A program made the position numbers and the translations under genes. The notes below the pieces were generated by a model. It made no database searches. It worked only from the letters and a program-made list of their open reading frames with translations, and was not told the origin of the DNA. A stretch of 63,687 nucleotides of DNA, counting the filler, from Rhabdomonas costata (lineage: Eukaryota): assembly GCA_019059605.1 (NCBI GenBank). It is 57 parts of 57 records of this genome, joined end to end, with 100 filler letters (N's around TTAATTAATTAA, not from the genome) between each part and the next. Parts side by side here need not be neighbours in the genome. Positions count along the whole stretch, not along the records: positions 50,370 to 51,388 come from JAHMHO010033246.1; positions 51,489 to 52,506 come from JAHMHO010033247.1; positions 52,607 to 53,627 come from JAHMHO010033248.1; positions 53,728 to 54,744 come from JAHMHO010033249.1; positions 54,845 to 55,862 come from JAHMHO010033250.1; positions 55,963 to 56,980 come from JAHMHO010033251.1; positions 57,081 to 58,098 come from JAHMHO010033252.1; positions 58,199 to 59,216 come from JAHMHO010033253.1; 49 more parts are not named here. One strand, 5' to 3'. Every line of letters starts with the position of its first letter. Position 1 is the stretch's first letter. This document shows positions 50,970-63,687 of this stretch, piece by piece.

Positions 50970-51653
50970 CTACACCACAGAACATACGACAATGCAGTCC
51001 AGCTTCTTTTTCCCATTGGTGCAAGTTGGTGCAAGTACAGCGATCAGCACAGAACCGTGCCATCTCGCGTCTTGCGCTTACCTTGCGCTTACCAGGGGAA
51101 GCTCGCGGGGTGCTCCATACCACACTGCCATACAGCTTTCCACTGCATCATAGGGAAAAGTCTGAAGCCTGCCATGAGTACATATGGTGATAAGAATTAA
51201 ACCTAATACAGGATGAAACCTGGAGAGGAAAGAAATATTCGGCGTTACTTTAGAATTGTATCCACCTCTGTCTTCAGGTTCTTTTTTGAGATGCTTACGC
51301 TTTATGATCTTTTGGAAATTGTTGGAGATGACAAGAAGCGAAGAAAATGGATGGAAAAGTACAAGATTATTGTCGGCTTCTTTGACGTNNNNNNNNNNNN
51401 NNNNNNNNNNNNNNNNNNNNNNNNNNNNNNNNTTAATTAATTAANNNNNNNNNNNNNNNNNNNNNNNNNNNNNNNNNNNNNNNNNNNNGGTTTGGTGTAG
51501 GTTCATCCAATTTGTTGAGTCTCAAGACCTTGGTCTTTATTTCTCCAAGGAGGAAAGAACCCCTTGCCTGGGGTGCTTTTTCTGCAGCGCGCTGCAGGGC
51601 AAAGTTACAAGGGAGAGTGTGGTGAGGGAGGAAGGGCTTGAGGAGAGGCGGAC

Positions 51654-52251
51654 GATACCCATCCCAAAAGCGATCGTGGCGCACACCACCAGGACCTCGT
51701 CCCTGCTCCAGCGGTCCTGCACAATCTCGCGGTCGGTGCGGCCGGCGTGGTAGTAGTCTGCGCTGATCCCCCCGTTCTGCACCCAACGAGACAAAGCTTC
51801 TCACGGAAGCCTCAAAAAGTCAACATTTTAGAGTTTGCCTTTAGCTTCAAGCTGTCCCGAATCTTTCGATTAGTTCACTCCCTCTCTTCGCACACGCATG
51901 CAATAGAACATATCAGTTCCTGAGAGTCAGGCAGCAGCAGCGCAACTCGATGCTTCAGGGACAGAGGAAGAATTCCGCAGCACGTCGGGAACACTCTTGA
52001 GAGAACTGAGAACCCTCACTCATCATCCTTTCACTCATCCAGACTTGGAATTGGAATCCCCCCCCCGTGAAATGGGTTCACCAAGCGATTCGCGCCAGCA
52101 CACCCTCAGCGTTTCGGCGGCCTGCTCGGACTCGTGCTTGGAGAGGCAGTACACAATCCCGGACTTCCCCCGATACCTCTCGTTGATCAGCTGCACCACT
52201 TCCTCCAAGACCTTCGCCGAGCCCACCCCAGGCCGCTTCACAAGTCGATAT
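51654..52251 (-). CDS. RECQ: RecQ-family DNA helicase; exons 52251-52104 and 51776-~51654
   Basis: SGIVYCLSKHESEQAAETLR|NGGISADYYHAG...VQDRWSRDEVLVVCATIAFGMGI, RecQ motifs IV-V. Confidence 0.95.
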
Positions 52252-52630
52252 CTGAATGAAAAAACCCCCGAACCTCTGCTGGAAAGGTTCCACTTCAAAG
52301 GCTTCAGGCCTTTGCCCATGACACACAGAGAAAAGCAGACAACATAACGTTGTCCTCCCTTGATCAGATGCGCATGGTGGTGAAGGTAAAAGGTAATCAA
52401 CTCCGTTTATTTTTCCGTGACGGTTGTGTTCGTCTGACTCAAGCATGCACACGAGGCGAAAAAAAGCATAAGTGGAAACGTCTCTGAGGTGCATTCTTGA
52501 GTCAGANNNNNNNNNNNNNNNNNNNNNNNNNNNNNNNNNNNNNNNNNNNNTTAATTAATTAANNNNNNNNNNNNNNNNNNNNNNNNNNNNNNNNNNNNNN
52601 NNNNNNGTGTTGTGGTGCGGCCCTCTCTGA

Positions 52631-52663
<33 letters not shown>

Positions 52664-54031
52664 TGTGCTATTGAGGTTCCCAAGAACCTCTGCCCTGCAG
52701 CCGGGGTGATCTGTAACCCGCGAAGCGGCCAGGCAGCGGAGAGAATTCGAAGCCCGTTGGATGTTAAAACAACCTCCACCACATCAATGCCCCTTGTGCA
52801 CGTAGTGTGTGTGTGTGTGTGTGTGCTTGCCCCCGCTTGTGGGTGGGTGCATGCCCGAAAGTGGGCATGCAGCCCTTGCCCGGCGTCATAGTATGAGAGA
52901 AAGAGCCGTCTCACTAAAATGCACACTGCTTTCGTATCCTGATCGCGTCCATGCTGTGTAAGTTATCCTCCCTTTGCGGGGAAGTAGATTTCAATGGCCC
53001 TGAAATACGAGAAAATCAGTAACCCTTGCAATACCTGAACCTCAGCTTCAATTCGAGCATTACGGCCCACTCTGGTGCACACATAACAAGGAAAATTCCT
53101 GGACTTGATCCCACTTATATTGTTTAGCAGCTTGGGCTCAGTAGAAGTCCAAAATAGGGGGCTCAGAGGGCTCACTCAGGACTTGGAAAATGAGGCTAAT
53201 TGCAAGTGGACTGGAACTGGCTTTGATGTTGTCTGGCAGCACCCGTTCCTGCATTTTTCACCCCCACCCCGGTTTTGTGTGCTCTTGCTGGATGATGATA
53301 GAGGTTTTTTTTCGTGCGTCTTCTGTATTCGCATTCTCATCGCGCGCCGTGTTTTCACGCATCAGTTTGTGTACCAGACGAGTCAGCCTTTTGTTGTTTT
53401 TCTTCCCTGTTATTCGAACCGCAGCAATGTTTGTATGTGTAACTGCGTGCGTTTGTGTGCTTTGTGATCGACGGTAATGTGTGTGTTGTGGGTGGGTGCC
53501 TTTAGGTGACCCAACTGCTGCTCTCCCCGGCGGGCGGGGAGGCCCAGGTGTGGGTACGCAACGACAGCCCCTCGGGGCTGCAGGTCGGGCTGAGGCGCCG
53601 CGCCGTCGCACCGCCATGACACCCACANNNNNNNNNNNNNNNNNNNNNNNNNNNNNNNNNNNNNNNNNNNNTTAATTAATTAANNNNNNNNNNNNNNNNN
53701 NNNNNNNNNNNNNNNNNNNNNNNNNNNTGTTTGTGGGAAACAGGTATCGCGCAGCTTGATGCTCATTTGAGCAGCAAGCTGCGCGATACCTGTTTCTCAT
53801 AAACTGAGTATTCTATTTCCCACTGGGAATCCCAATGGGACTCCGGTCTGGTCATTTTGGTCTTTGGATCTCGGTGGCCCCCAAAAAGAAGCTCGGGGTT
53901 TGGCTTTGTCGTTGTCCCCAACTCCTCGTTCGTCCACTGAAGCGTTCTACTGGATGAAGTAGCAGCTGAAGGCCGGCGATCTTGATTTCTACTTTGTTTG
54001 TGTTGTTCTGCTGCTTCTGCTGCTTTTTCAG

Positions 54032-54711
54032 GTGAGGAGGTCGTGCCGTTTCCGTGGCCCGGTCAGGATCGGCCCCGGAAGAGGGTCAGGCGGCAGGACG
54101 GGTACACTGACGACCCTGAGGAGGGCCGCCAGGACGATGCCGCTAGGCCCCCACCGAAGTCTCGCCTTGTGCGCCGCGCAGAGAAGATCCTGGTTTGCAC
54201 TCTGTCGCCTGTATTGTCTTTGGTTGTTTGATGGTAGGCCCTAAAGTGCCCTATTTATATGTATGGCGAAATAGGCTTAGTCTTTTGCACTGTCAGAGTC
54301 GTTTGCAGCCACACTGCTCAGAGCACGGTCGCGGGTAGTGCGTGTATGTATGTATGTAAGTCGGAGTTCTCGCCACCAGTGTTTAACCAGTTAGAGGTTA
54401 CAAGGATGCGCCCTCAGCTTCCCGATGCCCTGCGAATCTTCTATTCCAATGCCAGCGAAATAAGTATCGTTGAGTATCGTTGGTGTCGCTGAATTCGCTG
54501 GGATGCAACTGTTGCCCATCTCCGTGCTTTTCTGGAGACAAGCAACAAGGATCGCATTGTGTCGTCTGTCCGCTTGCCTGCCTCCCTTTTCAGTCCAGGG
54601 AGTTCAAAAAGGCTAAGTACGGCATCCACCGAGGACTGGACTTCACCGATGTTTCGTGGGTGATCAACTTTGACGCGCCAACGGACCCTGGGGTCTACCT
54701 TCACCGCATTG
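54032..54711 (+). CDS. DEAD-box RNA helicase, DDX56/Dbp9-like; exons 54032-54192 and 54594-54711
   Basis: Charged insertion followed by YGIHRGLDFTDVSWVINFDAPTDPGVYLHRIG (motifs V-VI); YG..RG.DF after an insertion is Dbp9-like. Confidence 0.85.
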
Positions 54712-56296
54712 GTGAACACCATCCTTTTCACCCCCCCCCCCACCNNNNNNNNNNNNNNNNNNNNNNNNNNNNNNNNNNNNNNNNNNNNTTAATTAATTAA
54801 NNNNNNNNNNNNNNNNNNNNNNNNNNNNNNNNNNNNNNNNNNNNGGTTGGGGTTAGTTCACACGCACGTGGGTCTCGCTATGATGGGTTGGGAGATGAGG
54901 TGGGCCCGGTTGTTACTGTAGGGCCTCCCGTGGCTCCACCGTTTTTCGCTTTCTCTTTGGGTTTTCCATCTCCGTTCTCCGGCAGTCTTCCTTGCCGTTT
55001 TCATTCTTTGCCCCTGTACTCTCCGGACTGCGCCCTATGTGTCCTTCGTCACGGCAGCACCGACTGCATTGGCTGGTGGGTTCCTCGATTGTCCTTTGGT
55101 TTCGGTGTGTGCCCCTCCGGTGCCGGGCTTGCACCAACTTCACCTCGCTGACTTCGCAGGCGAAACGATTTCGTAGCACGAATGAAGCACCTGGTTTGCC
55201 TTCTGGGAGCGAATTTCCTGGCATAGCCTTGTCAGTGTGTGGCAGCGCCTTCCTTCGTTTCTTGACATCATAGGCTGCAAAGGGGTTAAAATTTGGCTCC
55301 ATTCATAGCGACCAACGAAGTTAAGTAGTACCATCGGATCTCTGCCACGAGGTTTTGATTCGTTATTTTAAGGCTTGAAACTAGTCGAAATCGAGAGACG
55401 AAACGTATCCGGACCACATCCCCAATCCCCGCCCCCAAAGGCATAAAATGTTGTGCACCATCGCGTAGCAGGGTGCGCCGTAAAGTTCGACTTTGGGGCT
55501 TAACGGTAACATAGAGCATATCCAGCAGCTGAAAGTTAATGTGAAACAGCACCATGTCGGCACACCATCCACATCCACTTGCATTTGGATGTAGCCAGAT
55601 ACTTATTTTCAGACCCACTTTCGGTGCTCGCACCTCCTCAAGCCCCATTCTCCTTTTCAGCCCTCCAAAAAGCCCTCCTACCCGACTTCTTCCTCTCCCA
55701 CACCGCTCTCTGTCCGCACACCTTTCTGTGGCTCGGAGCACCATCAATAGAATCGCTTTTTCCTTCCACATACACGTCAGGACTCTTTTTCTTTCAGCTC
55801 TGCAAAAAGCCCTCCTACCCGACTTCTTCCTCCCCCACACACCAACCAACCACACCCAACACNNNNNNNNNNNNNNNNNNNNNNNNNNNNNNNNNNNNNN
55901 NNNNNNTTAATTAATTAANNNNNNNNNNNNNNNNNNNNNNNNNNNNNNNNNNNNNNNNNNNNCCGCATAGCTGTCCCAGAAATGGAATTTTACTCACTTA
56001 CTTTTCTTACTTTCTCTCTCGCATGTAGCGAACACTTTCTGTAAGAATAAACATTTTTTCGCTTGTATCATGAAGCCAGCAACGTATAGCGCTATGTGGA
56101 TCTGGAATGCTTCGGTGCTTCTTCTTTCGATGACCCTTCTCCCGACGGGCGCATACACAGGCATACGATTTAGATAGTATATTCCCTCCAGGTTTTGTGT
56201 GTATGCGTTTTTGCGTTTTTTTCGTTTTTGCATTTTTGCGTTTTTGTTTTGGTGGTTGCAGCTGGCCTCATCCTTTGATCGCTTTGTATATGCAGG

Positions 56297-56601
56297 TTCT
56301 CGATTTCCTGGAAAGCGGGGAATTCAGGGAGCTATTCTCTTCCGTGATGCAGGGAAAGGTGAACCCCCCCCCGCGTAGTAGCTAGACCTCCGGTCAGAAA
56401 CGGCAAATGCATGGCACATCGTCACATCGTCATTTATAACTAATTTTGATTTGGTGGAGGATGCTCTCAATAGGAATATTACCTCGCTCTTGTTCTGATT
56501 CGTGTTTCATCCAAATTGCGCCTTTTTATTCTTAGGTTGCGACCAGCATCACAAAGACCAATGAGCACACAGACAAGCGAGCCACGGAAGTTGTGGAGCA
56601 G
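56297..56601 (+). CDS. Hypothetical protein, two phase-0 exons (56297-56358, 56536-56601, approximate)
   Basis: gcag|VLDFLESGEFRELFSSVMQGK|gtgaac ... ttag|VATSITKTNEHTDKRATEVVEQ|gtgcat. Confidence 0.45.
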
Positions 56602-56844
56602 GTGCATGCGTGGCTATTATTTCGACATTACCTCAGTATTTTGTTTATCTAGATGCATTCTCCGCACGATCGCCTAACATAAGAAACATTCTCTGAGAAA
56701 CATACTCTCACTGTCAGTTTCTTGATGACATTGTGTAGCCTCTCTGCAACCTCCTGCAAGATTTAGGGGTCTAGGAAACGTCAATCGCATACACGACCTT
56801 TGCCGCGGAGCGCAGCAGAGCAAGATATGCTGTAGAAGCACAGG

Positions 56845-56962
56845 GTTATTACATTGTCAGCAGAGACTTAGTGGGCTCGAGGCGATATGAAGAATCCGGA
56901 GTTGATCCTGCGACTCTTGGCACGGGTGACACTACCTGGGTACCCCCTTATTACAATCTTTA
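56845..56962. repeat. Truncated copy of the 151-bp satellite family
   Basis: ttacattgtcagcagagacttagtgggctc..gaggcgatatg..gagttga..gcgactcttggca..ttattacaatctt matches the units at 26960-27892. Confidence 0.75.
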
Positions 56963-58198
56963 CATTTACATTTACAATCTNNNNNNNNNNNNNNNNNNNN
57001 NNNNNNNNNNNNNNNNNNNNNNNNTTAATTAATTAANNNNNNNNNNNNNNNNNNNNNNNNNNNNNNNNNNNNNNNNNNNNGTGTGGGGGATTGGACTTGG
57101 GCTCCTGGGAAAGGCGCTGGCGAGAGCCAAAGCCCGGTACCCAGAGCCGCCCATCCTCTGTAATGGCGGCTGACACCTCCTGCAGAAAGTGTTGGTGCTG
57201 CACTGAAGCAGAAGATTATTAATAAGGTTTGCGAATGGCTAAATGATGCAAATGAATTGAAGCAGATATCAGACGAGGGGTAAAGGCTTCCTTATTTTAA
57301 TTTTAAAGCACCCAATATGCATCACAAAAACATTAATTGATTAGCATGGCGACATGAAAAAACCTACACGACAAAGAAAAAATTGAAAGAAACCGCACGG
57401 ACTTTTCCGTATGCAAGAAACGAAACTGACAATCGGATCTACAATAACACCCGTGTCGCTGTGGGTGACTACTGATGGTTCCGAGCGAGGCCTTATTTCC
57501 ATCCCACCTACAGGCACACCCCTTCCTGCACGTACCTTCAGATAAGGGTGAGGCCCAGACTGTACGCAACCCATTGTTCTGGTTGAGCGTTACGTGTCCT
57601 CTGGTGACAGGGGGTCAAAGCATCCACACACGCACAAAACCCGCACTCAAAAAGGCAAGCGCCGCACAAAAAAAAGAAAAGAGCACAGGTACAAGCACAA
57701 GGAACTGCAAAAGAATGAGACAGACAGTGTCCTTCCTCATCTTGGTGTATTCGGACGGGCGGGGGTTATGGTATTCACCAAGGGGATGTCTTTCGGGGCA
57801 CGGCATCCAAACTATGATATTTGTGAAATCAAATATCAAATCCCCGCCCCCTTCGACTTCCTTCACTACACATCCCGAATACGAAACAATCTCCATACCA
57901 TCCCTTTTCTAAATATAACAATGTGTCCATCACAACATGCATGTCCATCACAACATGCACACACACAAGGAACTGCGCAAGCCATACCAAAACCTAAACC
58001 ACATGCCACAGCATTCATTAGCAAGGAGGCCCGCCTCCCCTTCCCAAATGCCCAAGCACCTGTTTATTCCTCATGGAAATCGGAAGCACACAACAACANN
58101 NNNNNNNNNNNNNNNNNNNNNNNNNNNNNNNNNNNNNNNNNNTTAATTAATTAANNNNNNNNNNNNNNNNNNNNNNNNNNNNNNNNNNNNNNNNNNNN

Positions 58199-59053
58199 TT
58201 CAACACTTGCAACTTAAAACCCTGCTCGAAGGCCAAGAGACCAAGAGTTTTTCAGACGGCTGCGCGGCGTCTCTGCCAACAGTGCAAAATTCTGGTTGCG
58301 GATTTTTGTTTTATTTGAGTTCGCAGGTTAAGCACTTTGCCATCTGTTTTAGATCAACTTATGGTGAGGCTTGCCAGTCATGAGCCCTTCAGGATGGCGC
58401 ACGTGACGGGGTCGGAGGTGTACCAGATGCTGATTGCATGTTAAGGTGATAATAAGCAATGTCAGAAGCGTGGTTTTGAAGTGAAGCGAAACTGTGCTCC
58501 GCGGATCATTACACGACCAATTGAAGCAGCCACCACTAAGCTTGCTTTGTGGTCAACAAGCAGCTCCTCCCCATGAAAATCGGAGCGGTCTCACTTCCAA
58601 AACCGCAAGAGACGGGCAACAGTGCCGTGTTCCGTCCATAGAACAGTAGTGTTATGCTCAGTAACGTGTCTACAGAGTCCACAGACAGAGAGCCGCGGAA
58701 AGGAATCACTTGCCACGTGACAGTGTTAGCGTGTGCAGTGGAGGAAGGCGCAGAGAGGTTCACAAGCTCCCGAGGCTCGCGTCTCGCTGAAACTTGGGGC
58801 GCACCCACACACGATTCTTGGACGGCCTGTGTGCACAATCGGGCAGAAATACTACACGCGAGGCAGGAAGATGATCAGAGGGAAAAGTATCTCTCGGTGG
58901 TGGGCGGGGAATTGACGCTTCGCCACGGGGAACTTAAATAAAACTAAAATCCGAAACCAGAATTTTGCACTGTTGGCAGAGACGCCGCGCAGCCGTCTGA
59001 AAAACTCTTGGTCTCTTGGCCTTCTAGCAGGGTTTAAGTTGCAAGTGTTGAAA
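58199..59053. mobile_element. Non-autonomous DNA transposon/MITE with imperfect terminal inverted repeats of at least 120 bp
   Basis: 58199-58322 is the reverse complement of ~58930-59053 with several scattered mismatches; ~600-bp interior without a recognisable ORF. Confidence 0.75.
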
Positions 59054-60569
59054 ATTAAACAAAATCACTTGCAGAATCAAATTTGGTTATGTAAACCACC
59101 GTCTGACAGGTAACAAGGTTTTGATGGGGCATTTGCCATAAACCATGCGATGCCACGCCTTTTGTTGGTCAATGTTCTTCCCTCGCACCCGAATCAAGCT
59201 GCACAGCACACAAAAANNNNNNNNNNNNNNNNNNNNNNNNNNNNNNNNNNNNNNNNNNNNTTAATTAATTAANNNNNNNNNNNNNNNNNNNNNNNNNNNN
59301 NNNNNNNNNNNNNNNNTGTGGGTGGGCCTTCATGACATTCATGAATGGAAACGCAACCCCATCCAATCCCATCGCTCCAACTTTTCCATTCATGAATGTC
59401 ATGAAGGCCCGCCCTGTCACTTCGCCAGCCCCATGATGTCATACGGGGCGCGCTCCGCGTAGAATCCCCCGGAGTCCGGGTCTGGACGAGTCACCAGCCA
59501 AACAGGGGTATCGGCTCCCTCATCTGTGTGCGCAACGCGATTGGTGCTGTTAACTCAAAGCACAAGCCACTGCCGAAAAGTAATATGATTTTCGGCCCAA
59601 AATATTCAGCCCCACCCCTCCCGGTCACTACTCCGGTATGAGCGGTTGCTCACGCGCCAGGCTACTCATAATTGGAAAGACCATGCAAAAATTTCCGAGC
59701 GAGGAGGCCGAAAATACGGTGCGGTGGGAGCGCTTTTTTTTTTGCGCCAAGGCATTGACGACACCAGAGCGCCATGCGTGTTTAATTCCAATAGATGAGA
59801 ATCGGGGGGGGGGGCAAGCCTCCATGGCGTAGAGGCGATCCAACAGTCCACCTGAACACTTGCAGTGCATTTGCAAAGCGCTCAATCGGACACACAAACT
59901 CATTAGTAAGATGTTGTTTGTTTCATTTTAGACACCCCCATTTCGCACCCTAATGCCCCTCCAAAAGTAGATAACCCCAAGAAATATCAACATCAAAATC
60001 AAAAGAATCTACATCGAAAAACCTCAACATCTCCTCTTCTTTCTTGTACCTTTGCACAATTTCGCGTTCAAATGTCCTTGAGTAGGGATGATTGCGGGGG
60101 AAAGGTGAATATACAATCCCTGCACACCAACGCACCAGCATGCTCCCCTTCAAGTTCCAAGTTTAGGGATTTGAGCAGCGTCCTCTGGCTCCCCATGAGT
60201 TCAACAACTCACATTTTTGTGCTCACCGACCTAAAATTCACGCTCATCTCATTAAAACTTCCGACTTGATACTGATATACATTCCAGATGTACGATAAGG
60301 TGAGCGGAGACGGAAGTCGAATCACAAACCCCCNNNNNNNNNNNNNNNNNNNNNNNNNNNNNNNNNNNNNNNNNNNNTTAATTAATTAANNNNNNNNNNN
60401 NNNNNNNNNNNNNNNNNNNNNNNNNNNNNNNNNTGTGGGTGAATGGCCCTTCTGCGATTTTAAGCGCGGCAGCCATTGCTTTAGGAATGATGGCTTCAAA
60501 CTGGGCAAAAACATCATTCCTAAAGCAATGGCTGCCGCGCTTAAAATCGCAGAAGGGCCATTCACTCAG

Positions 60570-61451
60570 ACCATTCATTCCAAAGCTGCAGGTGTGGGGG
60601 AGCACGGAGCGTGTCAAATAGGCAATCTTGCATATGGATTCATAGTTCCGGACCGACTGGTTCCGCCGAAACAACGGAACCAGTTTCCTGGCCCGAGCCA
60701 GCGGCTACTTTCGTGGACCCGCCGTTCCATTTGCTTGGTTCAGAACGAACTGACGAAGCAGAGCTTACCATGAAGAAACAGGCGGGTATTTTTTGTAACC
60801 TTGTGATGCATCAGACGCCCGCCGTGGCGGAAAATATTCCCAGTGGTCTCAATCAACAAAACCTTAGGTAGCCAGTGAACACCGGTTTCGGTAAGCGTCA
60901 CTAGATTGATCGGGGAGTTCCACGTTGTATTCCCGGAGAAACTTACCAGTGGACTTCCACCGACCATCTAATTAACAAAGAACACGGCTCTAAGCCTCCG
61001 ACACCCTAACCCGACTCTACCGGATGTCGACAAAGCTCATCGACAAAGCGAAAGTTTGTAAACAGTTTTATGAGTTGTTTGAATCCGGAAAAGCGCCACT
61101 ATTTATTAGCCCGTATGGAGCACGTGTCCTCTTGCGGAACAAGGGGGACAATTTACGACGCATGGTGATAGACTAGTATTGCGGTCAAGAACAAGTAACA
61201 GTTTTCACAAATTGACCAAACAAAATTTTCGAGATAATGAAGAAGGCATGTTACTACTCGAAGATTTACCTATGGAGCGAGTTTCATCAAACTCGAATCA
61301 GAACTGGAGACAATCACAAAACCGCTTTCCAAACAAAATTCTTCGACTGGACAGTGATGCCATTCGATCTTACAAATGCACCTCCAACTTTCAGAGAACG
61401 ATGAATTTTGCGTTTGTCGAAATGACAGACTTCACCCATTTACTTCGGTAA
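60570..61451 (+). mobile_element. Decayed Ty3/gypsy pol (reverse transcriptase)
   Basis: LYRMS..., SPYGARVLL..K....RMVID*, YYSKIYLWSEFHQTRIRTGDNHKTAFQT..FDWTVMPFDLTNAPPTF..MN; contains stops and frameshifts. Confidence 0.92.
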
Positions 61452-63687
61452 NNNNNNNNNNNNNNNNNNNNNNNNNNNNNNNNNNNNNNNNNNNNTTAAT
61501 TAATTAANNNNNNNNNNNNNNNNNNNNNNNNNNNNNNNNNNNNNNNNNNNNGGTGGGTTGTGGAAAATAAAAAGCAAAGAACGAACGAGTACAGAGCAGG
61601 ACAGACTCTCCGACAATGCAATGAGTGCAGCAAGTACAACTTGCACTAGGCAGAAAGGAAAGGGAGATGATAGAGTGCATTTCGCTCAGAGACTTGAGGT
61701 TGCAGCACCAGTTACCGGTGCTGTGAAGTTTCCGGAACATCTCAGACCAACACTGGGAAATCTGTGCAGTGCACTCTCTCCTCTCTCAGAGGCAGTCCGT
61801 CACTAATTGGGGGCAAGAGAAGAAGCCTAGGGAAGCGAGGCGGCGGCGTTGCGGCAAAACAACCCAACTAGCAGTACCGGAACAAAGGCAATACAGGTAC
61901 AGAGTATACAATGATATTCGCCTTGTTCTGTCGAAAGCGGAGGCGGGAAATGGCGACGAAAACCACAAAAATAAACACAGAATGGTCCCACAGGCAGCCC
62001 AGCAACCCCGCTACGTCTTCCACCACTGCAGGGGAATCCCAACGCTGATGGCCATCGCCCCGGCGCACCCCAGGGCTCGAAGCATCAGAGGAAGCGGAAA
62101 TCCGCCTAAGTAGTGGAAGACCTGAAACCTGAAACCCAAGGGTTCAAGGAGGAAACGGAAAAGGAAGAAAAAAGAGGTCGGAAACTCTGCCTCATTAATG
62201 GCAGCAAGCAAGGCTGACATGAGAGTGCATGCAGGAGAACCCACCATGTAGGCAGCCGCAAGCACAGCACGTGTTCCATCACCGTGCCGGGAAATAAGGG
62301 AAAGAAAGAGAGCAGGGCGCAAAGAGAAGAAATCCAGTCCAACCCAATTCAATCCAACAGCGCATATGCCTGCAGACCGAAAAGCTGTAATTCCCCGTAG
62401 ACGAGCGCCGTAATAGAATATGAGCGCAGTGCCCAGTAGTAAGTCTCGCAAGGACATTTTTTATAATCTCTTTCGTACAGAGCCAGAAGCAAGCACTGCT
62501 GATCGCGTTCACAGCGACCGAACTTGAGCAGCAGTTCATTATTTGGGCGGCAGTCTCCAGGATGGTAACNNNNNNNNNNNNNNNNNNNNNNNNNNNNNNN
62601 NNNNNNNNNNNNNTTAATTAATTAANNNNNNNNNNNNNNNNNNNNNNNNNNNNNNNNNNNNNNNNNNNNGGTTGGTTTTTAATCTTTCATCTTTTACCAA
62701 GGTTGTTGATTGAGGTTGAGTGTGAAAGGCTCGCTCCACCTCTCTAATGTGGTTACTGTCACTATGTCACAACCGTCATACTTGGCATGCTGCCTCGTGT
62801 CCTTCATGTTTCTCTTTCTCTCTGTCAGTCACATTCAATGCGTTTTTTTCACACATTTTTCTCTTATTTGATATTGCGTTTTTGTCACGTCGTTCATCCT
62901 CATGTCATTTGTTTCACATTCACACTTTCTGCGCTCCTTTTCATGTTCACTGTTCTTGTCGCCACATTCACTCCATACGGTCGTTCATGTTCCTAGGTCG
63001 TCACACTCGCTCAGTTCATTCGCTCCTGTTCCTAGAGTAATAGAGAAAGAGATAGATGTCGAACGGAAGTGAGGCCTAACTGAGAGAGAATGCTTGATGT
63101 AGGGATGTGATCTCACGATTTTATGCCATCCATACTTTTATACCCACTCGCTATCCGATCGTGGAGGCTCTACTTCCTGGGGTGCTGATTGAATAAATGG
63201 AGTGATGTTAGCGTAAAGACACCGCATGGTAATGTTGCAGATTCAGTATCCAGGTGGAGTCCTGTGATCGTGTCCTGTGATCGTTCACGTGCATATATTC
63301 CACAGTGTCCATTCGTATATATTTACATTGACATCATCAACATCACCATCACTCATACACTCAAGTCATTAGCGATAGGGACGTAGTGATGTCATACGCA
63401 GCAGGGCATCACGGAGTAGGAGTAGACATCAAGATGCTAATTTCACCATAACTGAGTGCAGCTGTATGGATTGATTGAAGTTGCATCAGCTCTCGCATTA
63501 CACCAAACCTCATCATGGGGCTGGTTTACGCCATAGCTTAGCATCAATAACTAGGACTTATATCAGTGGGACTTCCACTGGAAACTTCCACATGGCCTCG
63601 CGGGACCACTGCGCACGTATTTCAATGCGAACCTGAGACCACCGCCACCGAACAACCTAGGCAAATGAACTTCTAAACAAACACCCA

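Noticed and set aside
1-63687. Uniform ~1-kb molecules with G/T-rich ends as nanochromosomes or minicircles
   Set aside because: Length sorting and primer remnants explain size and ends; genes are cut mid-exon or mid-intron.

Overview
This is not a contiguous locus. It is an artificial concatenation of 57 unrelated contigs of about 1.02 kb, joined by 56 synthetic 100-bp linkers (N44-TTAATTAATTAA-N44). All ORF-track entries ending in 'XXX..LIN' are linker artefacts, and adjacency between contigs means nothing. Most contigs start G/T-rich and end A/C-rich, three carry the same GTGTTGGGTGTG 12-mer at a terminus, and nine end in fold-back hairpins. This points to a whole-genome-amplified, probably single-cell, library, and one 127-bp terminal overlap suggests k=127 de Bruijn assembly. 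The DNA is from an intron-rich eukaryote, most likely a euglenozoan (ATP12 sequence style, receptor/class III cyclase modules); this assignment is an inference. Recognisable gene fragments: GSK3, ATP12, strumpellin/WASHC5, KAE1/OSGEP, BCAT, RecQ, a DDX56-like helicase, WD40, Kelch, DSP phosphatase, a subtilisin prodomain, IPT/TIG, a CCCH finger, and five pieces of sensor/cyclase proteins. Repeats include decayed Ty3/gypsy pol, MITE-like elements, a ~151-bp satellite and microsatellites. The most interesting item, missed by the ORF track, is a self-looping 892-bp contig (14556-15574) holding exactly one symmetric phase-1 exon that encodes a 37-aa, 8-Cys module. It is most simply read as a gene built from near-identical tandem exon+intron units. 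I found no rRNA, tRNA, CRISPR array or complete novel multi-gene system, and the fragmentation would hide one.
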